Positions 56,980 to 64,000 of a DNA stretch of 64,000 nucleotides are shown here, in pieces. Made by a program: the position numbers and the translations under genes. Position 1 is the first letter of the stretch; every line of letters starts with the position of its first letter. The notes under the pieces are model-generated. The model did no database searches. It was not told where the DNA came from and saw nothing but the letters and a program-made list of their open reading frames with translations. Source of the stretch: a bacterium (GTDB taxonomy: Bacteria; Orphanbacterota; Orphanbacteria; Orphanbacterales; Orphanbacteraceae); the NCBI GenBank assembly GCA_025782575.1, contig JALGYY010000035.1, positions 340,670 through 404,669 on the forward strand. Reading direction: 5' to 3'.

Positions 56980-57098
56980 ATCCGAGCTTCTTCATGCTCC
57001 AGCACATCGGGCTCAACCCGAGGGGTGGAGACGAGAGTAATCTCGCGAATGCTCTCATGCCGCACGATTACAGGCTTTTCGTAGATTTCAACCTTCAT
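56976..57098 (-). CDS. candidate RiPP precursor peptide A1 (40 aa: MKVEIYEKPVIVRHESIREITLVSTPRVEPDVLEHEEARI)
   Basis: Short ORF first in the minus-strand cluster. YxxPxI and T-containing leader-like motifs. Paralogue of A2. Confidence 0.5.
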   Translation of the reverse strand: MKVEIYEKPVIVRHESIREITLVSTPRVEPDVLEHEEARI

Positions 57099-57414
57099 TG
57101 GCCTAGAACGCTCCCATGTGGTCTTTCGCTACTCTGTTAGCAGTACTCCATGAGAATAATAGACCCTTCCAGGAAAGGTGTCAATAACTAATTGTAAAAT
57201 AGCAAGTTGTGAGGCAAAGGACACATTCGGGGCACTATTTGGCCGATACACTCTTTAATAGCGGCGTGGCTGGGCCCTCGAGAAGCTCATTCGGGCTGAA
57301 TTACCGCCGTTCTGGCCTGCCGCGCCCCCAAAGCCCCCATCGGGAGAGCCCAAGCGCACCAGACGGTCTCAGTACAGGCCCTGTCAGTGGCTCCTGAGCC
57401 TATCAGCATCTCTC

Positions 57415-57969
57415 CTAGATTCTACCCGCTCGATGGATCCCATACCAGTAGAAAGCGGCCACCACCAGAGCGTGGGCGATTTCGCCCCCTTCCATCATCT
57501 TGAGGACCTCAGATTCCGGCCTCAGGATGACCTCGATCTCCTCTCCAGGATCCAGACTCATTTTTGAACTCGGAGAAGCGCCCTCAGCCAGGTAAGTGTG
57601 GCACCGGTTCGTCTGGAATGCCGGATTCGGCTCAACTACTCCCAGCGGGACCCAGCTTCTCGCCTCGTATCCCGTTTCTTCTCTCAATTCGCGGCGAGCA
57701 GCCTCTTCCGGCGAGGAGTCTCTGGCATCCACTCCCCCCCCCGGAATTTCGAGAGTGTACTCTCTGGTACCGTGCCGGAACTGGCGGACCAGCAGGATTT
57801 CCCCAGCATCCGTCCTGGCGATCACATTGACCCAGTCCACAGTCTCCATAACAGTGAATTCTCTTTGAAAGCCGGTGGAAGGTGAAACCGAGCGGTCAAG
57901 GCGGACTGAAAAAATTGCGAAATCGCCCGCATGCCGCGACTGAAGCCGGGTCCATTTCTCGTCCATCAC
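57415..57969 (-). CDS. NUDIX hydrolase
   Basis: Nudix box GGGVDARDSSPEEAARRELREETG. Confidence 0.75.
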   Translation of the reverse strand: MMDEKWTRLQSRHAGDFAIFSVRLDRSVSPSTGFQREFTVMETVDWVNVIARTDAGEILLVRQFRHGTREYTLEIPGGGVDARDSSPEEAARRELREETGYEARSWVPLGVVEPNPAFQTNRCHTYLAEGASPSSKMSLDPGEEIEVILRPESEVLKMMEGGEIAHALVVAAFYWYGIHRAGRI

Positions 57970-58128
57970 ATCCTCCGATCAAACGGCAGTATAGCCTGCA
58001 GGGAATTGCCCCGCAACTCCGGGAAGTGTCCCGAATTGACTTCGTCGATCTCGTCGGTTATGGTCCTTATGAGTCACTTAATTGCTTTTCTCATAAACGG
58101 TTTCAGAATACCCCATCGAGAGGACGCC

Positions 58129-58884
58129 ATGTCCGCCAAGCCCCGGAGGTTTCTCGCTGGCGCGGTCCCCCCTTTTCTGATCGTGCCGATCAAAGAAGGG
58201 ACCTCCCAGTCGAATCAGATTGATGAAGCCCAGTACCTCTGGAAAGATTGTAATATGCCCGCTTTTGATACTTGGGAAGCGGCCGCCGCTTTCTCCAGAA
58301 AAGAGTGGCGGAAGAAAACGAGATTTCTCATCTTGAACGGCCCTGCACTGATCGATGACCGTGTACCGATCTACGGCGAGAACGGAGCCTATACCATCGA
58401 GGGTGACGTCCACCGTCGCTACGCCCTGAACCTGAATCAACAGACCCGCCGTCAGATCAGTGCCGGGGGAGTTGTCCGGTGTATGGGAAAAGACGGCCCC
58501 ATGCACGCGCTGATTCAGGTCAAGCGGAAAGGAACCCTTCGATGGGAAGTCCCGAAGGGAAAAATCAAACGACATGAAAGGCTCCGCGATGCCGCAATCC
58601 GGGAAGTGCGGGAAGAGACGGGATTGCAGTCTCCTGTTCACGCACTCGAAGCTCTCGGCCGCGTCGATTACCTGTTCCTTGCCGATGATCGACACCTCTA
58701 CTTCAAGAGCGTCCATTATTATCTGCTGGAAACGGAGAACGCCGACCCTCTCACACCCCGCGCAGAAGAGGGCATTACTGACGCACGCTGGTTTCCCGTC
58801 GAAAATGCATGGGAAATCGTGTCATTTCCGAATCTCAGGCCCATCCTCCGGCGGGCGGCAGATCGGGGAGACCTGACCAAGTAG
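58129..58884 (+). CDS. NUDIX hydrolase with N-terminal extension
   Basis: Nudix box (KGKIKRHERLRDAAIREVREETG). Start set at the ATG after GAGAGGA. The longer ORF from 57931 would overlap the opposite-strand gene. Confidence 0.65.
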   Translation: MSAKPRRFLAGAVPPFLIVPIKEGTSQSNQIDEAQYLWKDCNMPAFDTWEAAAAFSRKEWRKKTRFLILNGPALIDDRVPIYGENGAYTIEGDVHRRYALNLNQQTRRQISAGGVVRCMGKDGPMHALIQVKRKGTLRWEVPKGKIKRHERLRDAAIREVREETGLQSPVHALEALGRVDYLFLADDRHLYFKSVHYYLLETENADPLTPRAEEGITDARWFPVENAWEIVSFPNLRPILRRAADRGDLTK

Positions 58885-58897
58885 GGGACGTCCCACC

Positions 58898-60019
58898 GTG
58901 CGCGTCACCATGTTCCTCTTCCATACGTTCCAGAATGATCACCGTGTATTGAAAGAAGCCCGGACGCTCATCGCTGCCGGGTATGAAGTGACGCTGATCG
59001 CGCTCAGGGAGAATGATGACTTCCCGCCGGTTCGGGTCGAGTCGGGCATTCATGTGCGTCGCCTTCGGATGCACCGCTGGCCCTTCCGGAAGGGGCGATA
59101 TCTCGAGTACTTCGCCCGCGCCGCCGTCGCCGCGTTTCGCCAGGACGCCGACGTTTACCACTGCCATGATCTGGACACACTCCTGCCGGGATTCTTAGCA
59201 GCCGCCCTCCGTGGCAAACCTGTAATATACGACTCTCACGAACTTTTCACCGAAACACACTTTCTGATCGGAAGATCCAAAGAGAGATTGATGTGGAGTA
59301 TAATCGAGCGGATCTTCATCCGGTTCACGTCTCGCGTGATCACGGTCTCGGAACCGATCGCCGTAGAACTGGCCCGGCGATACGGAATTGAGAAGCCGGT
59401 CTTGCTGCGAAACCTCCCCCGGTTCATGCCCCCCCCTGAACCCGATCCCTTCTTTCCAGAAGACGAGCGGCGCCCGCTCTTCATCTGTCAGGGGTACATG
59501 CAAGAAGGCCGGGGCCTTGAGACGCTTATCCGGGCAATGGCCGAGGTGCCTGACGGCCGGCTCATTCTTCTTGGAGACGGTGAAATATCTGAAAAGCTGC
59601 AGGACCTGATTCTGAAGCAAAGCCTGGAACACAGGGTCAAGCTGCTCCCCGCAGTCCCAATCAGGGAGCTCCCTTCCCGTACGGCAGACGCCGACTTCGG
59701 ACTTATTGCCTACCGGACTGACTCCCTGAATTTTCGGTACGCTCTGCCAAACAAGTTCTTCGAGTACATCATGGCCGGGGTACCGGTAATCACATCGGAC
59801 ATCCCGGAAGTGTCGCGCCTCGTTCGGGAATTCGACCTCGGGATTGTTGTAGACGATTGCACGCCGACCGGTTTCGCCTGCGCTATGCAGCAGATCGCAA
59901 CGGATCATCACCGCCGGAAACGATTCAAGGAAAACTGCCTGAAGAGCACACGCCTCCTGTGCTGGGAGACGGAAGAGACCAGATTACTTCAAGTCTATCA
60001 GGAACTGACCCCCCCCTAG
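58898..60019 (+). CDS. glycosyltransferase family 4 (GT-B, group 1)
   Basis: C-terminal GT1 motif (EYIMAGVPVITSD...E). GTG start after AGGGGAC. Confidence 0.8.
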   Translation: MRVTMFLFHTFQNDHRVLKEARTLIAAGYEVTLIALRENDDFPPVRVESGIHVRRLRMHRWPFRKGRYLEYFARAAVAAFRQDADVYHCHDLDTLLPGFLAAALRGKPVIYDSHELFTETHFLIGRSKERLMWSIIERIFIRFTSRVITVSEPIAVELARRYGIEKPVLLRNLPRFMPPPEPDPFFPEDERRPLFICQGYMQEGRGLETLIRAMAEVPDGRLILLGDGEISEKLQDLILKQSLEHRVKLLPAVPIRELPSRTADADFGLIAYRTDSLNFRYALPNKFFEYIMAGVPVITSDIPEVSRLVREFDLGIVVDDCTPTGFACAMQQIATDHHRRKRFKENCLKSTRLLCWETEETRLLQVYQELTPP

Positions 60020-60059
60020 CCCGGACTTCTCACGAGATCCTGCAGCCGCGAATGCAGGA

Positions 60060-60668
60060 TCAGATATATCGGAGTAGCCCAACTACCTTGCCGAGGATAC
60101 GGAACTCCCCGTCTGCCGGATCGATCTGGATCGGCTTCATTTTCTTGTTCGCCGGCCGAAGCTCGATCTCGCCATCTTGCTTGTGGAAGTACTTCACAGT
60201 CGCTTCGTCTCCGATCAACGCCGCAATAATCTCGCCGTTTCGAACCTCGGTAGTCGGACGAACCAGTATCATATCCCCATCCGAAATGTGGGCTTCCACC
60301 ATGCTCTCACCTCGGACGCGCAGCAGGAATTCCCCATCCCCCCGGAGAAACGAAGGGTCGATCATGAACGTGTCTTCAATGTTTTCCTCAGCAAGAGTAG
60401 GAACACCCGCGGCAATCCGGCCGAGGAGGGGTATGCCCTGATGATCCTCAGGTTCGATGTAGTTTAATTCCAGCGCCCGCGACTTACCCATTGCTCTCTT
60501 GATATATCCTTTCCGCTCAAGGGCATTCAAGTGATCCACAACGCCCTTCGTCGACCGAATTGAGAATCGGAAACCGATTTCCCGTATGGTTGGCGGGTAA
60601 CCGTATTCTTTATAATGCTGCACGAGATAATCATAGATCTCCCGCTGGCGGTCAGTCAGCCTCTTCAT
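60060..60668 (-). CDS. lexA: LexA repressor
   Basis: N-terminal winged HTH, cleavage-site Ala-Gly (RIAAGVP), and S24 peptidase Ser/Lys (GESM...KKM). Confidence 0.9.
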   Translation of the reverse strand: MKRLTDRQREIYDYLVQHYKEYGYPPTIREIGFRFSIRSTKGVVDHLNALERKGYIKRAMGKSRALELNYIEPEDHQGIPLLGRIAAGVPTLAEENIEDTFMIDPSFLRGDGEFLLRVRGESMVEAHISDGDMILVRPTTEVRNGEIIAALIGDEATVKYFHKQDGEIELRPANKKMKPIQIDPADGEFRILGKVVGLLRYI

Positions 60669-60705
60669 CTCACACTCCCCTCAGCTGTATTGCAGCTTGC
60701 CTCTC

Positions 60706-63342
60706 TCACGATCCTGTCGAACGGAAACCTAGAAGCGGAAGCGGAATCTGTTCATCCCGCCTTTGCGGTTTTCGGTCTCCCTCTTCTCCTCCTGCTCGTT
60801 TCTCTCGTTGTCTGGCTGTTGAAGCTCGTTTCAGCCCGCTACTCCGCCGGCCTGAACTTTCCGCGCGATCAAATGCCATCGCGATGCGCAAGAGAGCCGG
60901 TCTTGGAAACGGCCTGGAAGCCATACGCTCAAGAAATTCCCCGACTGACCGAAACGGTCCCCCGCATTCTCTTTCCTGCGTAATCAGATTCCCCAGATCG
61001 GCATCGATTCCAGGAACGATCGCAAACCCGTTCCTGATTCCTCCGTCAACCTCGGTGAACATATACTCGCTGCTGTTCTTGTCTACAGGAAGGAACGGGG
61101 TCCCCTCCTTTTGAAAGCCCTCGACCAACAGGTGAAGCCTTCTCCTGTCCCCCAGTGACCGATTCAAAATTCTCGCTGCAAAACCGTTGAGACTCCCCTG
61201 TTTCCTTGCACTCAATGTCTGGATCGCACCTGCCAGACGGAGCATGATTCCCCTCTCGGGGACGAGGGGTGTAACGGCACACAATATCGAGAATACTTTT
61301 TCTGCGAAACGGTCTCCTACTCCTCGATCCACCGATCGCCGGACGAAGAAGGACCGATCAGCTCTCAGTTCCGGACCCTCGCCGCATTTCATTCGGTTGA
61401 AGAGATCTTCCGCTTTGGCGTGTTCCACCTTTGTCATTCTGCGAATGATCTCTACTACCTGCTCACGATAGAAAGGGACGCCGTCGGTAACGGTTAGAAT
61501 CTTTTCAATACCGCCTCCCATGAGTGGAATCGGGGCGTTCCCTTTCCTGATCTTGATGATTCTACGGACAAGATCACCCCGTTTGGAGTCCAGACCGGCT
61601 GCGACGAGAAGGGCGATATCCTCCCGATTCCGAGGAGCCAGCATTCTTGCCAGCCGTCTATGCACCGGTCTTGCTGACGCCAGGATACCCGCCCAGTTCC
61701 CCTTTCCGAGAAGCGAATTTCCGTCATCCTCTTCCGGCAGATCATCCGTTGCCCGTAATGCTTCGTCCATCGACGATGCGCGGATTTCAAGATCCAAACC
61801 GGCGTTCATCTCCCAGCATGACTCCGGAGAGTCACACCAGATGAGCGACTCTTTCTCGGCCTGGTAGGTCATGATCGTGTCTCGCGACCAGGGTGGTGTC
61901 TGATTCACCAGTAGAGGGTCCGGAACTTGGTTTTCCCGGTAGTGGGGTTCGAATAGATTTTGGGTGGATCGATTCGATGTGGGTCCGGACCACTCTCCTG
62001 GTGACGATCGTACAATTCGATCGAGACGCTCTTGATCGGCCTGGCTGAGAAAGACCGGCCGAATTTCATGACTGATTGATTCCGCATACCTCTCACTCAT
62101 AACCCGCCTGAAATTGTCGACTGACTTACGGTCTCCGTCGATTACAAAACGCATCCTTCCCTGACCGGTTGGTGTTGAAGCCGACAACTTGTTCTCTTCG
62201 GGATCAATGCTCTGAAGACCGGTTAAATAGCCGAGGAGGCTACCGGATAGGTAGGTAGTCGAGATGCGCGCTCTCCGATCAATCTGTCTCACCAGCGCGA
62301 ACGCTTTCGAAATCTTCTGGACCGCCGGCAATAGTCCCTTGTCCTCATACCGCCAGTATTCAGTCCAGAATCGATTCCCGATCTCCTTCATCTTCCAATC
62401 CGGCTTGCCTTGATATTGCTTCTCGATTTCCGATTGGCATCTGCGAATGAGTTCATCTCCTTCGCTTGCGATCGTTGCCCGATGGACCCTGTCGTTCGCC
62501 GCCCCTCCGCACCGCTCGGCGATCTCTTCCGTCCGGTCGAGCGGTTGAGGGTCGTCTCGGTAACGCTCCTCCATTTCGTCACAGGAGGGCAGGTGCACCG
62601 CCCCTTCGACGACCAGCGGATCGGGGCTGTGAGTCCCCCCGCCGGGAGGGAGAATCGCCCTCAGTTCGGCAAGTCGGGGTCGATCTCCTTTGGTCAGGCA
62701 TCTGACCGGATCAGCCGCTACTCGATCGAGACCGAATCGACGCTCCAGTTTCCGAAGGAAGGGATCGACGAGGCTCTCATGTCGGCTGTTGGTACGGCTT
62801 ACTTCCAGATAAAAATGGGATGGTGTGAACAGTGATGCGAGAAGAGCGGCGGCACGTGATGCCTCGGCGATGAGGCCCTTTACCAGGGCGCCCGATACAG
62901 GGCCGGTCATCCCGCCGCTGAGAGCGATCAACCCCCTGCTGTACCGACCGATTTCATCGAGGTCGGCGATCCCCCTCCGGCGATCGATTCGCCCGGGGGA
63001 CCATATGAGACGAAGAAGCCTGTCCAGATTCCAACGGCCCCGCAGGTCCTCGCACAGAAGAGTGAGGGTGTACACACGCTCGGAAGAGAGGGATCCGCCT
63101 GCGGGGAATGCGACTTCTACTTCCGCCCCTTCGATCGGAGCTACATCTGATTCGTCAAAGGCGGAACGGGCCTGAACGAACCCGAATAGGACACCACGAT
63201 CGACTACGGCCCCTGCACGGATACCCCTCGCGGCCAGAGCCCCGGCCAGATCGACCGGATCGATCAGTGAGAGGACCGGCGAGAATTTGGTGTGCAGCCT
63301 TAGTGGCACGTAGCTCATAGCTTCCTCCATCGAGCTACACAA
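60706..63342 (-). CDS. DnaE-family polymerase-like protein, unusually short (878 aa; error-prone DnaE2/ImuC-like?)
   Basis: N-terminal PHP-like domain aligns with DnaE (LSGGMTG..FYLEVSRT..LA..GL..VAADPVR..LRAI, TEEIAERCG). A possible palm D-x-D (FVIDGD) is present. The C-terminal half is much shorter than in Pol III alpha. The gene sits immediately upstream of lexA. Confidence 0.5.
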   Translation of the reverse strand: MCSSMEEAMSYVPLRLHTKFSPVLSLIDPVDLAGALAARGIRAGAVVDRGVLFGFVQARSAFDESDVAPIEGAEVEVAFPAGGSLSSERVYTLTLLCEDLRGRWNLDRLLRLIWSPGRIDRRRGIADLDEIGRYSRGLIALSGGMTGPVSGALVKGLIAEASRAAALLASLFTPSHFYLEVSRTNSRHESLVDPFLRKLERRFGLDRVAADPVRCLTKGDRPRLAELRAILPPGGGTHSPDPLVVEGAVHLPSCDEMEERYRDDPQPLDRTEEIAERCGGAANDRVHRATIASEGDELIRRCQSEIEKQYQGKPDWKMKEIGNRFWTEYWRYEDKGLLPAVQKISKAFALVRQIDRRARISTTYLSGSLLGYLTGLQSIDPEENKLSASTPTGQGRMRFVIDGDRKSVDNFRRVMSERYAESISHEIRPVFLSQADQERLDRIVRSSPGEWSGPTSNRSTQNLFEPHYRENQVPDPLLVNQTPPWSRDTIMTYQAEKESLIWCDSPESCWEMNAGLDLEIRASSMDEALRATDDLPEEDDGNSLLGKGNWAGILASARPVHRRLARMLAPRNREDIALLVAAGLDSKRGDLVRRIIKIRKGNAPIPLMGGGIEKILTVTDGVPFYREQVVEIIRRMTKVEHAKAEDLFNRMKCGEGPELRADRSFFVRRSVDRGVGDRFAEKVFSILCAVTPLVPERGIMLRLAGAIQTLSARKQGSLNGFAARILNRSLGDRRRLHLLVEGFQKEGTPFLPVDKNSSEYMFTEVDGGIRNGFAIVPGIDADLGNLITQERECGGPFRSVGEFLERMASRPFPRPALLRIAMAFDRAESSGRRSSGLKRASTARQREKRAGGEEGDRKPQRRDEQIPLPLLGFRSTGS

Positions 63343-63416
63343 ACAATACTACACATTTGTAGCCTGCGTCAAATCTTTTTGTGCTTTTTCTCCGTTTGCC
63401 CGGGGGGATACCCGGG

Positions 63417-64000
63417 CTAGAACAGTCCCTTACTCGAGCCTCCGTCGAACGCGACCGTGTTTCCTGTCAGGAATGCCGCTTTTTCCGAAGCGAGGAAAAG
63501 GACGAGATCGGCCAGCTCCTCCGGTTTACCTAGACGGCCCACCGGCATTCCGGCCGCCCAGTTGTCGAAGACCTGATCCACATGCTCCCCCGTCTTCTCA
63601 GACCGATACTCGGCCAGTTCCTGGAGCCGATCAGTTCGGGTATAGCTCGGAGCCACGCAGTTCACCGTAATGCCGTGCCGGCCCACCTCCCCGGCAAGTG
63701 TTTTGGCGAGACCGACGATCCCGGGCCTCAGCGTGTTGGAGACAAGAAGGTTTTCAATCGGCTGTTTCGCCGAAATCGAGACGATCGGTACGATTCTCCC
63801 CCACTTCTTCTCTTTCATATGGGGAAGCACAGCCTGAGTGAATCGGACGACCGACAGAAAGACCTGATCGAATGCCTGCCTCCAGGCCGCCTCCCCGACC
63901 TCTTCGAACAGGCCTGGCGGGGGGCCGCCGCAATTCGTAACGAGCACGTCCACGCCGCCGAAGCGATCATCCGCTCTCTCGACCACGTTCCGGATCGCCC
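63417..64000 (-). CDS. SDR-family oxidoreductase (5' end beyond window)
   Basis: The ORF first-start product (from 63986) begins mid-domain (…VLVTNCGG, catalytic YxxxK region). The NAD-binding N-terminus lies upstream of the window edge. Confidence 0.75.
   Translation of the reverse strand, partial: AIRNVVERADDRFGGVDVLVTNCGGPPPGLFEEVGEAAWRQAFDQVFLSVVRFTQAVLPHMKEKKWGRIVPIVSISAKQPIENLLVSNTLRPGIVGLAKTLAGEVGRHGITVNCVAPSYTRTDRLQELAEYRSEKTGEHVDQVFDNWAAGMPVGRLGKPEELADLVLFLASEKAAFLTGNTVAFDGGSSKGLF

Noticed and set aside
1-64000. Lasso cyclase (asparagine-synthetase-like C protein), transposases, integrases, phage genes, restriction-modification or toxin-antitoxin pairs
   Set aside because: Scanned the ORF translations for the usual motifs (SGGxDS with long N-terminal domain, DDE, tyrosine-recombinase RHRY). 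None found. The absence of the cyclase is itself reported as a finding.

Overview
The window is a 64 kb, high-GC (~60-65%) chromosomal segment from a Gram-negative (diderm) bacterium. Diderm markers are an LptE-like lipoprotein and a metalloprotease with a T9SS C-terminal sorting domain. It is densely coding, with many ATGA-type overlaps, and carries three sigma-54 activators. Housekeeping content includes leuS, apt, acyP, pfk, a serA-like dehydrogenase, lexA, tRNA-Arg(CCU), tRNA-Glu(UUC), and a UDP-sugar 6-dehydrogenase/epimerase pair. Regulatory content is rich. There are two sigma-70-family sigma factors, FliA, an FlgM-like protein, fliW-csrA, two PilZ proteins, a GGDEF cyclase and a PAS histidine kinase/NtrC pair. 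A PDZ-7TM-GAF-PP2C sensor phosphatase and a STAS protein form possible partner-switching parts. The prkA-yeaH-spoVR module, two ABC-2 exporters, and several secreted low-complexity proteins are also present. The most interesting locus is 50.2-57.1 kb on the minus strand. Two tandem, paralogous 40/43-aa precursor-like peptides have a conserved N-terminal region and a variable C-terminal region, followed by a strong intrinsic terminator/attenuator. Next come a PqqD-type RRE, an HPr-kinase-like kinase, a lasso-B2-like transglutaminase-fold peptidase, a PF14907-like nucleotidyltransferase, an ABC-2 exporter and a membrane sulfatase. No asparagine-synthetase-like lasso cyclase occurs anywhere in the window. 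This looks like a cyclase-less, lasso-related RiPP-like system whose product would be a linear phosphorylated and/or nucleotidylated peptide. Other notable items follow. A 56-aa bacterial histone-fold (HBb/DUF1931-like) gene. A secreted protein with a Trp/Tyr/His-rich segment and an Arg/Ser-rich tail. A sigma-like HTH-MGMT fusion heading an ABC operon whose last permease is fused to a CPBP protease. A low-GC beta-helix island followed by about 1.1 kb of repeat-bearing non-coding DNA. An amidohydrolase gene fragment abutting tRNA-Glu. No CRISPR, rRNA, transposase or prophage genes were recognised. Coordinates derived by hand for tRNAs, small peptides and terminators may be off by 1-2 nt.
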